A stretch of 64,000 bases of DNA from Candidatus Latescibacterota bacterium (GTDB lineage Bacteria > Latescibacterota > UBA2968 > UBA8231). The stretch's first letter is position 1; every line of letters begins with the position of its first letter. Below, in pieces: positions 1-9,258 of the stretch. The stretch lies in NCBI GenBank assembly GCA_965208105.1, contig OZ242318.1, forward strand, positions 352,001 through 416,000, in the 5' to 3' direction. Both the position numbers and the translations under genes were made by a program. The notes under the pieces were generated by a model. The model was not told where the DNA came from. It was given only the letters and a program-made list of their open reading frames with translations, and did not search any database.

Positions 1-1
1 G

Positions 2-418
2 GCCACCCAGATGGCGGAAGGTATGGTCAAGGAATACGGCATGAGCGATAAACTGGGGCTGGTTGCCCACAGGCAGGACCGCGGCCCGCAGTATCTGGGA
101 GTGCCCGCGGCGGAGCGCAGCTACAGCGAGGAGACCGCCCGCGAAATCGACCAGGAGGTTGCCCGGTTTATCGGCGATAGTTACGAGAGGGCCAAAAAGT
201 TGATCGAGAACAGACGTGCCGTCCTGGAGAGAGTGGTAGAGATTCTCTTCGAGAAGGAGGTCATGGACGGCGATGAGTTGCGGACCTTGTTGGATGAAGC
301 CGATGCCGCAAAGAGTGGGAATAGGGACAGCGATCCCGCAAAACTGTCCAAATCGGCCGGAAATGGGATGGATGGCAGCACGGTGCAGGCCGAGGACCCC
401 GGCCAGGAATCCATTTGA
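2..418 (+). CDS. ftsH: ATP-dependent zinc metalloprotease FtsH, C-terminal part (5' truncated by window)
   Basis: ATQMAEGMVKEYGMSDKLG...YSEETAREIDQEV...YERAKKLI matches the FtsH protease-domain end. Confidence 0.93.
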   Translation, partial: ATQMAEGMVKEYGMSDKLGLVAHRQDRGPQYLGVPAAERSYSEETAREIDQEVARFIGDSYERAKKLIENRRAVLERVVEILFEKEVMDGDELRTLLDEADAAKSGNRDSDPAKLSKSAGNGMDGSTVQAEDPGQESI

Positions 419-554
419 TCGAATGATGGCAGCCCCGTGAGTAATGGCGCATCCCCTGACTGCCTTGGGAAATTTGCCGACCGGCAAGACTCATCGTGAG
501 TCCCGTGCCCCCAGGAATGCCCTGATCCAACTCATAAGGTGGACGGCAGAGTTC

Positions 555-574
555 GGCTGAGCCGGTTTTTTTTC
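555..574 (+). terminator. possible weak intrinsic terminator after ftsH
   Basis: CGGC-TGA-GCCG hairpin followed by a T-run. Confidence 0.3.
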
Positions 575-784
575 GAGCTCCGCGCCGGAAATCCCTGGTA
601 TTTCTGCTTCATTCCTCCAAGTAGATGTTGCCGCGGCGGGGAACTCCTTCGTCCGCCACCTCTCAATGACAGCCCCGCAGGTAAGGACCCTGGGCCTGGG
701 TGTGGCCTCCCCTTCGCAAATTGCGCAGGCGCGGAAGTCAGCAGCCGGACACTCCAAGGACCATTCCATTTTCCACAATAAATC

Positions 785-2068
785 TTGAGCGATAGGACCG
801 GAAGCGCGCGAACGAAGTTGGAGCGGACACTGGGAGGAGGGGTTCTGGGCCCATTGCAGAACCGGGATTTCTTCCGCTTGTGGCTGGCCAACGGCCTATG
901 GTGGCAGGGCATGTGGATGGAGTCTCTGGTTGTGGGCTGGATGGCTCTCGGCATGACCGACTCCGCATGGAAAGTCGCCTTGGTGGGCTTCTTCCGGTCT
1001 CTCCCGCTGCTCGTGTTCGGACTCTTCAGCGCTGCAATCACCGACCGTTGCAAACGGCGAACTCTCGTCGCCGTGTCACAGTTTCTCAACGCGGTGGGAA
1101 TGGGATTGCTGGCGCTGTTGTTGTATACAGGGAACCTCGAGTACTGGCACATTGCCCTCGTTGCCCTGGCCAATGGGTGCGGCTGGAGCCTGGACTGGCC
1201 CACTCGCAGGGCCCTGATCCCGGATCTGGTGGGAAAGGAAAGGGTAGTGGAGGCGATGATGCTGGAGAACTTCATGCAGAGTCTGACCCGCATCTCGGGG
1301 CCATTGGGGGCGGGGTCCTTGCTGGCGGCGATAGGCACCCAGGGTTCCCTCGTGATTCTGACCACCATGAGCTTCATAGCCACTCTTATTCTCCTCGGGC
1401 TCAGGACCGAATCGCGGTCTCCAGCCATGCCCAGGGGGGTGGTGGACTCCTTCCGCAGCCTCGTGGCCGGGTTGGGATACATTCGCCGCAGAGCCCGAAT
1501 CCTGGGGGTGCTGCTGATTACCCTCTGCATGAATCTCTGGGCCTTTCCCTACATGGTTCTTCTACCGGTCGTCGCCCGCGACGTGTTGAACCAGGGACCG
1601 CTTGGACTCGGATTGTTGGGCACCGCCCAGGGAGTGGGGACTCTCCTGGGTCTGCTGGTATTGAACCATGTCCGCAACGTTTGGAACAACGTGTGGATAT
1701 TTGCCGGTGGATCCATCCTGACGTGCTTGGGGTTGGTGGGGCTGTCACTTTCTTCGTCCCTTTACATCTCGTTCGCCATGCTCCTCGTCGCGGGGATTGG
1801 ACACATAGGATTCAGCACCATGCAAAGTGGAATCATCCTGGTCGAGGCGGCCGATGAAATGCGCAGTCGGGCCATGGGCGCCGTCGTCCTGGCCATCGGC
1901 GGAGGACCCCTGGGAGCCCTTCAGGGGGGAGCTCTGGCGGAAGCCTGGGGAGCCGCATGGGCAGTGGGGGGGATGGCTGCCATTGGAGGTTCGGCCATTC
2001 TGGCCATAGCCATGCTCCTGCCCGGTTTCCGTCCCCGTACTGCAAGGGTGCATGAGATGGACCGGTGA
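785..2068 (+). CDS. MFS transporter
   Basis: about 12 hydrophobic segments; 'NRDFFRLWLAN', motif-A-like 'AITDRCKRR', 'DEMRSRAMG'. Confidence 0.9.
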   Translation: MSDRTGSARTKLERTLGGGVLGPLQNRDFFRLWLANGLWWQGMWMESLVVGWMALGMTDSAWKVALVGFFRSLPLLVFGLFSAAITDRCKRRTLVAVSQFLNAVGMGLLALLLYTGNLEYWHIALVALANGCGWSLDWPTRRALIPDLVGKERVVEAMMLENFMQSLTRISGPLGAGSLLAAIGTQGSLVILTTMSFIATLILLGLRTESRSPAMPRGVVDSFRSLVAGLGYIRRRARILGVLLITLCMNLWAFPYMVLLPVVARDVLNQGPLGLGLLGTAQGVGTLLGLLVLNHVRNVWNNVWIFAGGSILTCLGLVGLSLSSSLYISFAMLLVAGIGHIGFSTMQSGIILVEAADEMRSRAMGAVVLAIGGGPLGALQGGALAEAWGAAWAVGGMAAIGGSAILAIAMLLPGFRPRTARVHEMDR

Positions 2069-2139
2069 GATGTTGACCCTGCTCCGGGCCCCAATTATAT
2101 TGCAATTCAAAATTTGCCAGGTTCGTGAAGGGAGCCTCC

Positions 2140-2904
2140 ATGCCAGGTTCAGTGATTGCGGCACAACTCTATACCGTGCGTGAATTTACCAGGACTCCGT
2201 CAGATATCGGATCAACGCTGGGGAAGTTGGGGAAGATGGGATATGAGGCCGTCCAGGTCTCCGCTCTGGGACCCATTGCTCCTGCGGACCTGAAGGAGAT
2301 TGCCGATGGGGAAGGTCTCGAAATTGCAGCCACACATGTTGGATACGATGAGATTCGCAGGAATCCCCAGAAAGTAATTGAGGACCACCAGTTGTGGGAC
2401 TGCCGGCACGTGGCCATCGGAAGTCTGCCGCAGGAGTACCAGAACGGGGAGGGCTTTGCCCTGTTTGCGCGGGAGGCGTCCGAGGCGGTGCGTCCACTGG
2501 TCGATGCCGGTCTGACCTTCAGCTACCACAATCACAGCTTCGAGCTCGAAAAGTTCGGTGAAAGGACAGGGCTTGACATCCTCTACGAAGAGAGCGATCC
2601 AGAGGTTTTTTCGGCGGAGATAGACACCTACTGGATCCAGCACGGCGGGGCAAACCCGGTCTCCTGGCTGCGCAAGCTCGAGGACCGGATGTACGTCGTT
2701 CATCTCAAGGACATGGCAATGCGGGGCAGGGAGCAGCTGTTTGCGGAGGTTGGAGAGGGGAACCTGGAATGGACGGAGATTCTGCAAATGTGCCGGAGAG
2801 CCAGGGTGGAGTGGTACATCGTCGAGCAGGACATTTGCCAGCGCGACCCTTTCGAAAGCCTGGAGATCAGCCTGCACAACCTGCAGCGAATGGGCATTCA
2901 TTGA
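2140..2904 (+). CDS. sugar phosphate isomerase/epimerase (xylose isomerase-like TIM barrel)
   Basis: QLYTVRE, YHNHSFE, EIDTYW, HLKD, EVGEG, VEQD motifs; SD AAGGGAG before the ATG at 2140. Confidence 0.9.
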   Translation: MPGSVIAAQLYTVREFTRTPSDIGSTLGKLGKMGYEAVQVSALGPIAPADLKEIADGEGLEIAATHVGYDEIRRNPQKVIEDHQLWDCRHVAIGSLPQEYQNGEGFALFAREASEAVRPLVDAGLTFSYHNHSFELEKFGERTGLDILYEESDPEVFSAEIDTYWIQHGGANPVSWLRKLEDRMYVVHLKDMAMRGREQLFAEVGEGNLEWTEILQMCRRARVEWYIVEQDICQRDPFESLEISLHNLQRMGIH

Positions 2905-2997
2905 ATTTCCACACGAGGATGGCCGCCGGCCCGGGCGCCAGACTCGCCATTCCCTATCCTGTTTCACCTTGAAGGGCAAGGAGACCAGAATCCGTTC

Positions 2998-3774
2998 ATG
3001 GGCCATCTTCCGAGTTTCGAACTCAATGAAAAAGTAGTGATCGTCACCGGCGCCGGTCGTGGAATTGGCCGGACTATTGCCCTGGATGCCGTCCGTTCCG
3101 GGGCGAAATTGGCAGTTGGCAGCCGTACGGTAGCAGAGTTGGAGACTCTGGCGGCGGAAATCGGAAGAATGGGCGGAGAATGTTTCTACCGTCACCTCGA
3201 TGTGGTGGACCTGGGGTCGATCCGGGAGTTTGTCGAGGGTGTCGCGGCACACTATGGACGCCTCGACGTTATGGTGAACAATGCCGGATACAACAAATTG
3301 GCCTCCGCCCTCGACTATGACGAGGTCCTCTTCGACCAGATCGTGGACGCAAATCTGAAAAGCGTATTTTTTTGCTCTCAGGCCGCTGCCAGGCAGATGA
3401 TCGCACAGAAGGGGGCAGGGTGCATAGTGAATATCTCCTCTCAGGCAGGGGTGGTTGGCGCACCGGAGCGAGGACCGTACAGCGGCGCCAAGGGCGGGGT
3501 CAACAACCTGACCCGGACCTTGGCCGCCGAGTGGGCACACCACGGAATCAGAGTCAATGCCGTGGCCCCCACGGTGACCCGTTCGCCTCTGGCAGAGCAA
3601 GCCATGAAGGACAGCCAGGCATTTGCGGATGCCGTGAGGACCAAAAATCTCCTTAGGGGCGATCTGGCCGAGCCCGGAGAGATTTCTGCCCCGGTCATTT
3701 TCCTCGCCTCTGATGCCGCCAGCATGATCACCGGACACACCCTGGTAGTGGATGGGGGTTGGACCATAGTCTGA
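2998..3774 (+). CDS. SDR family NAD(P)-dependent oxidoreductase
   Basis: TGAGRGIG, NNAG, YSGAK, VNAVAP, VDGG. Confidence 0.95.
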   Translation: MGHLPSFELNEKVVIVTGAGRGIGRTIALDAVRSGAKLAVGSRTVAELETLAAEIGRMGGECFYRHLDVVDLGSIREFVEGVAAHYGRLDVMVNNAGYNKLASALDYDEVLFDQIVDANLKSVFFCSQAAARQMIAQKGAGCIVNISSQAGVVGAPERGPYSGAKGGVNNLTRTLAAEWAHHGIRVNAVAPTVTRSPLAEQAMKDSQAFADAVRTKNLLRGDLAEPGEISAPVIFLASDAASMITGHTLVVDGGWTIV

Positions 3775-3979
3775 GCCAGGGGTCCGGCAGCCTTTGGTGC
3801 CTGCTCCACTGCAAACAGGATCGAGAGAGAGCCTGACCGGGTCCCCGATTGCACTGCGAACCCGGGATCCGGTTTGCCGTGAAATCACCGGAATAATATA
3901 TTCACAGGCGGATTCTGAAGGCGAATTCCTCCCTGGGCATCACCATGAGGGCTGGAATTTGCAACAATTTCCCCGTGGA

Positions 3980-4333
3980 ATGGATATTTTCTCGCGTATT
4001 TTCCAGATAGTCAGGTCCAGCCTGAATCGCGGGGAAGAAGCGCATTGGGAGCGGACTGGTTGGCCATCCGATGATGCCGGCACCGACTCGAGATTCAAGC
4101 ACAAGCGCCAGGTCGACCCACAACTCGCAGGGTACTATGCCAACCTGGAGATTCCTTACGGGTCCGATCTGGTGATGGTCCGCAGGGCCTGGAAGAGGCA
4201 GTTAAAGAAGTATCATCCGGACCTGCACGCCGAGAACCCGGAGAAGCGCCAGTTGGCCAACGAGCTTACGGTCGAGCTGACCAGGGCCTACCAGGAAATA
4301 GAACGAGCACTCACCCAAAAGGAGAAGCGCTGA
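3980..4333 (+). CDS. small J-domain (DnaJ-like) co-chaperone with N-terminal amphipathic helix
   Basis: YYANLEIP...VRRAWKRQLKKYHPD...LTRAYQEI (HPD motif); start placed at the in-frame ATG 3980. Confidence 0.85.
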   Translation: MDIFSRIFQIVRSSLNRGEEAHWERTGWPSDDAGTDSRFKHKRQVDPQLAGYYANLEIPYGSDLVMVRRAWKRQLKKYHPDLHAENPEKRQLANELTVELTRAYQEIERALTQKEKR

Positions 4334-4337
4334 AGCC

Positions 4338-4736
4338 ATGTCCGATCATTTCGATCAAGTCAAGGGATATGTCCTGGAACTGGATCTGCAGATTGAGGAG
4401 GAGATCGCAGCCGAGGAGATCCTCGTCGTCAACGATCACGAGCGTGGTATCCAGAATCTGGTCATCGACTGCGAGGACGAGGTTCTCGTGCTCGAGCAAC
4501 TCATCCTCAAACTGGATCCCGCTGCCGGGGACCAGGTATGCAGGCGCATTCTGCAAATCAATCGGGAACTCGTCTACGGCGCATTCGTCCTCGACGAGGA
4601 AGGCGATACCCTGATCTACCGCAATACCCTGGCCCTGGAGAATCTCGATTTGAACGAACTCGACAGCACAATCAACGCCCTCAGTCTCGGCTTGGCTGAA
4701 AACGGAGCGGAACTCCTCGCATTCGCCCAAAAATAA
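4338..4736 (+). CDS. CesT/Tir (YbjN-like) type III-chaperone-fold protein
   Basis: acidic 132 aa; 'ILQINRELVYGAFVLDE...IYRNTLALENLDLNEL'; adjacent to pspA. Confidence 0.75.
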   Translation: MSDHFDQVKGYVLELDLQIEEEIAAEEILVVNDHERGIQNLVIDCEDEVLVLEQLILKLDPAAGDQVCRRILQINRELVYGAFVLDEEGDTLIYRNTLALENLDLNELDSTINALSLGLAENGAELLAFAQK

Positions 4737-4748
4737 GGAAGGGAAACC

Positions 4749-5456
4749 ATGTCGGGTATTTTTCAACGCTTGTTCAAAACCGGGCAGGCCGAAGCTCACG
4801 CCCTGGTCGACAAATTGGAGGATCCCATCAAGATAAGCGAACAGGCGATTCGCGATTTGCGCGGGGACTTGCAGGAGAGCCTCAAGAGCCTCGCCGAAGT
4901 CAAGGGCATCGCCATCCGGATGAACAAGGAGGCAGAAGACAGCAAGCGCCTGGCCGCGGACTACGAACGCAAGGCCATGTTGCTTCTGCAAAAAGCCCAG
5001 AACGGGGAGATGGAAGCAACAGAGGCGGAACGTCTGGCGAGGGAGTCCCTCGCGCGCAAGGAGGAGGCCGCCGCGAGGGCTCTCGAGTCCTCTCAACAAG
5101 CTCAGGTGCAGGAGGAAATGGTGTCCAAGCTGCAGAGCAACACCAACGACCTCAAGTCCAAGGTTGCCTCCTATGAAAATGACCTGGTAATGCTGAAGGC
5201 TCGCGCCAAGACGGCCAACGCCACCCGCAAGATCAATCAGCGATTGTCCAAAGTCGATTCCAGAGGAACGGTGAGTCTTCTCGAACGGATGAAGGAGAAG
5301 GTGGAGGAGCAGGAAGCTCTGGGTCAGGCCTACGGAGAGATGGGCGACTCTACCGGTTCAATCGACGAAGAAATCAACAAGGCCCTGGCCGGAGGTTCGC
5401 AGGCCAAAGCCGATGATTCTCTGGCACAACTCAAAGCAAAGATGGGAATGAAGTAG
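4749..5456 (+). CDS. pspA: PspA/IM30 (ESCRT-III superfamily) protein
   Basis: MSGIFQRLF...LEDPIK..EQAIRDL, long coiled coil, LKARAKTA, C-terminal LAQLKAKMG. Confidence 0.93.
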   Translation: MSGIFQRLFKTGQAEAHALVDKLEDPIKISEQAIRDLRGDLQESLKSLAEVKGIAIRMNKEAEDSKRLAADYERKAMLLLQKAQNGEMEATEAERLARESLARKEEAAARALESSQQAQVQEEMVSKLQSNTNDLKSKVASYENDLVMLKARAKTANATRKINQRLSKVDSRGTVSLLERMKEKVEEQEALGQAYGEMGDSTGSIDEEINKALAGGSQAKADDSLAQLKAKMGMK

Positions 5457-5477
5457 GCATTCTCTCCCGGTTCCACC

Positions 5478-7154
5478 ATGCATTTGCTGACCCGCAGGCG
5501 GTTTTTACGTCTTCTGGCCGCCGGCAGTGGGGTGCCCGTCCTGCCATCCTGCCATTCGAAGGCGATCCCACCTTCCATCCTTGACATTCCGGGCAGAATC
5601 GTCAATCCCTCCCCCATCCCCGCGCATCTGATGCGCACGGAACATACCTGGGAGAATTTTCCTCGGCCTGCGGGCCCAGCTTACGATGTGGTGATCGTAG
5701 GGGGAGGCGTGTCGGGCTTGTGCGCCGCCTGGAAATTGCGAAGGGCCGGTGTAGACAGAATTCTCCTGCTGGAGCTGGAGGGAGAACTGGGCGGGACCTC
5801 CATCGCCGCTTCTAGCCGCGGCATCGCGTACCCCTGGGGAGCTCACTACATCAACATTCCGCCGGCAGAGGCCGATTGTGTCCACGAGGTCCTGCAGGAC
5901 CTGGGAATCATCGAGGGCTACGATGCGCGGGGCCTCCCCCTAATCGGTCCACAGCATTTTCTGCGCTGGCCGCACGAGCGCCTGTTCAAGGAGGAAGAGT
6001 GGAGATTGGGCCTGGATCCATTCGCCGAAGCTGACCAAGAGGCACGGGATATTCTTCAGGCCTTTGAAGACGACATGCTCCGCTGGACCCTCTACAGGGG
6101 AAAAGACGGGCGCAGAGCGTTTGCCATGCCGTTGCTGTACAGTTCGAGGGATTCTTCGGTGAGGCAGCTGGATAGAATTACCATGGCTGATTACCTGCGG
6201 TCCAGAGGCTGGAAGTCCAGGCTTCTGGACTGGTTGGTCGATTATGCCTGCCGCGACGACTACGGCAGCCTGAGCACCCAGGTTTCGGCCTGGGCGGGAA
6301 TCCATTACTTCGCCTGCCGGTTTTACGACTATCGCCTTCGCGAGGAGTACCCGGCGGACACCTTGACCTGGCCCGAAGGCAACGCCTACCTGGTGGGAGG
6401 GTTGAGCCGCCAGCTGGAGGCGGACCAGTTCCGCACAGGAGTCCTGGTGCTTCGAATTGAGCAGGAGGCGGACGGGGTGCGGTTGGGTTACGCGGACCTC
6501 GACGCCGGTACCTTTGGTTCAATCCTCGGCAAAAGCATCATCTATGCCGGCAAGTTGTACACGGCCCCCTTTGTGGTTGCGGGCCTGCCCTCCGAATCGC
6601 GCCGGGCGATGTCCTCCGCAACCTACAGCCCCTGGCTGGTCGCCGCGGTTCACCTGATGCGGCCCCTTCACGAGGCGGAGGTTGGGATGGCCTGGGACAA
6701 TATAATGTTCGACAGCCCTTCCGTGGGATACGTGGCGGCCAGCCATCAGAACCCTCGAAAACGATCCTCGACCGTACTGGTTTACTACCTGCCATTCGTG
6801 GAGGAGGTGGACAGGGCCCGCCGGGAACTGCTCCACAGGGACCAGCGCTACTGGAGCGCGCGAGTTGCGCAGGATTTGCTGGCTGCCCACCCCGACCTGG
6901 AGGAACTGATCGAGCGCATCGACATCTATCGCTGGGGACATGCCATGATGCGCCCCGGCCCGGGGTGCATCTGGGGCGAGGAGAGCCTCCTCCGTCGACG
7001 TCCGTTCGGGGGAGTTTTTTTCGCTTCCTGCGACGCCACCGGATTGCCCTTGTTCGAGGAAGCGTGCTTCGGCGGCATACGGGCTGCCGAACAGAGCATG
7101 GACCACCTCGGTCTCTCCTATGAGACATCTTTGAAGGGAATGCCCGGTGGCTGA
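5478..7154 (+). CDS. Tat-exported FAD-dependent oxidoreductase (amine oxidase-like), possible lipoprotein
   Basis: TRRRFL Tat motif, LPSC lipobox-like, IVGGGVSGL..A, WGAHY, CRDDYG, RWGHAM, LPLFEEA. Confidence 0.85.
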   Translation: MHLLTRRRFLRLLAAGSGVPVLPSCHSKAIPPSILDIPGRIVNPSPIPAHLMRTEHTWENFPRPAGPAYDVVIVGGGVSGLCAAWKLRRAGVDRILLLELEGELGGTSIAASSRGIAYPWGAHYINIPPAEADCVHEVLQDLGIIEGYDARGLPLIGPQHFLRWPHERLFKEEEWRLGLDPFAEADQEARDILQAFEDDMLRWTLYRGKDGRRAFAMPLLYSSRDSSVRQLDRITMADYLRSRGWKSRLLDWLVDYACRDDYGSLSTQVSAWAGIHYFACRFYDYRLREEYPADTLTWPEGNAYLVGGLSRQLEADQFRTGVLVLRIEQEADGVRLGYADLDAGTFGSILGKSIIYAGKLYTAPFVVAGLPSESRRAMSSATYSPWLVAAVHLMRPLHEAEVGMAWDNIMFDSPSVGYVAASHQNPRKRSSTVLVYYLPFVEEVDRARRELLHRDQRYWSARVAQDLLAAHPDLEELIERIDIYRWGHAMMRPGPGCIWGEESLLRRRPFGGVFFASCDATGLPLFEEACFGGIRAAEQSMDHLGLSYETSLKGMPGG

Positions 7155-8682
7155 CCGGGGCAAGGCAGAGGCCTCCGGCTTTGGCCTGTTCCTGTTGCTG
7201 GCTGCCGTGTTCGCAGCAGCGGCGTGCGCCATCGTCTACGAGTTGCTCATCGGCAGCACCTCTTCGTATTTCCTCGGCGACAGCGTCGAGCAGTTCTCGC
7301 TGACCATTGGGTTCTTTCTCTTCGCCATGGGGGTTGGATCCTGGCTTTCGCGCTTGATCAGGCAGGAGTTGCTGGCAAGATTCATTGCCCTGGAAATCTG
7401 GTTGGGGTTGATAGGGGGGTGCGCCGTGGCAGTTCTCTACCTGGCATACGGGCACAGCTCCCATTATCGCTACTGGATGCTGATGCTCATAGTGGCTATC
7501 GGCGTCCTCGTCGGCCTCGAGGTGCCCCTCCTGTCCCGGATTCTGCGCAGCTACGGCTCGTTGCGCACCACCTTGTCCACGGTGCTGTCCATGGATTATT
7601 TCGGTGCTCTGGCTGCGGCTCTCCTGTTCCCCTACCTTCTCATGCCCCTCCTGGGAGGGTTCCATACTTCGGTCCTCGCCGGCTGGGTCAACCTGTCCGC
7701 GGGGGTCGCGGTTCTGTTGTGCTTCAGGACCAGGATCAGAACTTCGACCCGTCGCTGGCTGATGGTGCAGGGTGGAGGAGCGGGGTTGGTACTGGCGGGG
7801 CTTTGGGCAGGTTCCGGCCCCCTTCTGGACCGCTGGGAGAGTAATTTCTACGCCGACCGCATTGTCCACAGCGAGCAGTCGCCGTACCAGAAGATCGTCC
7901 TGACTCTCTGGCGCGATGACCTGCGGCTGTTTCTGGACGGCCATCTGCAATTTGCCTCAGTGGACGAGCATCGCTACCACGAGGCCCTGGTGCATCCTGC
8001 CCTGGCTGTGGCCCTCAATCGAGAGCGGGTGCTGGTCATCGGGGGAGGGGATGGCCTGAGCGTTCGCGAGATTCTCAAGTATTCGGACGTTTCCAGTATC
8101 GACCTCGTGGATCTGGACCCGGCGGTGACCACCTTGAGCCGGCGCAACCCACATCTTACCCGACTGAATAAAAATGCCCTCAATGGGCCCAATGTGCGTA
8201 TCTTTAACGAGGATGGGTTCACCTTTCTGCAGAGGGAGCACACTCCCTATGGGGCAATTGTCATCGATCTGCCGGACCCGCGCGAGGAAGCTCTGGCCAA
8301 GCTTTATTCGGTGGAGGGGTATCGGCTGTGTCTCCGCCACCTGGCTCCAGGCGGGGTGCTGGTCACCCAGGGGACGAGTCCATATTTTACCCGAGAGGCC
8401 TATTGGAGCATTGCGGCTACCCTGGAAGAAGCTGGATTCGAGGTTTGTTCCTACCACGTTCACGTCCCCTCATTCGGCGAGTGGGGATTCCATCTTGCCA
8501 GCCGGGACTGGGTGGATCTGAAACAGGTTGAATTCGAGGTGCCACGGCGTTTTTTGCGGAAGGAACTGCTGGAAGGCATGCTTTTCTTCGACCCGGACAT
8601 GAGCCGGGTAAAGGTGGAGTCCAATCGGCTTGACAGGCCATCGCTGGCTCGATTTTATCGCAGCGGATGGGAGCGCTGGTAG
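7147..8682 (+). CDS. speE: polyamine aminopropyltransferase (spermidine synthase-like) with N-terminal multi-TM domain
   Basis: about 7 TM segments, then SPYQ, LFLDGHLQF, DEHRYHEALVHP, IGGGDGL..RE, DLPDP, VPSFGEWGF. Confidence 0.92.
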   Translation: MADRGKAEASGFGLFLLLAAVFAAAACAIVYELLIGSTSSYFLGDSVEQFSLTIGFFLFAMGVGSWLSRLIRQELLARFIALEIWLGLIGGCAVAVLYLAYGHSSHYRYWMLMLIVAIGVLVGLEVPLLSRILRSYGSLRTTLSTVLSMDYFGALAAALLFPYLLMPLLGGFHTSVLAGWVNLSAGVAVLLCFRTRIRTSTRRWLMVQGGGAGLVLAGLWAGSGPLLDRWESNFYADRIVHSEQSPYQKIVLTLWRDDLRLFLDGHLQFASVDEHRYHEALVHPALAVALNRERVLVIGGGDGLSVREILKYSDVSSIDLVDLDPAVTTLSRRNPHLTRLNKNALNGPNVRIFNEDGFTFLQREHTPYGAIVIDLPDPREEALAKLYSVEGYRLCLRHLAPGGVLVTQGTSPYFTREAYWSIAATLEEAGFEVCSYHVHVPSFGEWGFHLASRDWVDLKQVEFEVPRRFLRKELLEGMLFFDPDMSRVKVESNRLDRPSLARFYRSGWERW

Positions 8683-8685
8683 TAT

Positions 8686-9249
8686 TTGTCTCAGGTATCG
8701 GAGGTGAAGATCGTGAGATTGAAGAAATTTTGGGGAAGGCAGGATGACGAGGTCTACCAGGAACACACCTTGAGCACCATGGAGAAGGGTGACCTGGTGG
8801 ATTTCGACTTGAAAACCTGGCAAGTCATAGGTTATAATACATACGACTACGATGGGTTCATTACCCGGGAGTGGGAATTGCGCTGCGCCGATGACGTGCG
8901 CTTCCTGGAAGCGGCCGAGGATGACGGCAGGGTTGAATGGACCTGGACCCGGAGTATTGATCTACAACAGATCGAAGAGGATGTCAGCGGAACGATTATC
9001 GAGAAAGACGACCCACCTCCGGACGTGAGTTTTGAAGGCAGGCGCTATGAGGCGGTGGAGAGCAGCGCCGGGCTCCAGCGCAGAGGCGGCGACGAGCGGG
9101 ACCGCGAGTTCGTCAGCTGGAACTACGAATCCAAGGAGGGGCGATTGCTGTTCATACTCCAGTGGGGAGAGCGGGACTTCGCCGCCTACGAGGGCGCGTG
9201 CGTCGAGGAGTACCAATTCACCGATATTCTTCCTGGCGGGAAAGTATGA
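8686..9249 (+). CDS. DUF4178 domain protein
   Basis: acidic; GD.V....W.V, EW.L, FLE, F.SW.Y pattern; typical speE/DUF350 context. Confidence 0.75.
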   Translation: MSQVSEVKIVRLKKFWGRQDDEVYQEHTLSTMEKGDLVDFDLKTWQVIGYNTYDYDGFITREWELRCADDVRFLEAAEDDGRVEWTWTRSIDLQQIEEDVSGTIIEKDDPPPDVSFEGRRYEAVESSAGLQRRGGDERDREFVSWNYESKEGRLLFILQWGERDFAAYEGACVEEYQFTDILPGGKV

Positions 9250-9258
9250 GGTGATAGA

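Noticed and set aside
419-784. Possible ncRNA between ftsH and the MFS gene
   Set aside because: No recognisable RNA family motif; only a weak terminator-like hairpin.
532-7950. Long antisense ORFs (532-1530, 2212-3888, 6538-7950 and similar)
   Set aside because: They are shadows of well-supported + strand genes in GC-rich DNA and have no motifs.
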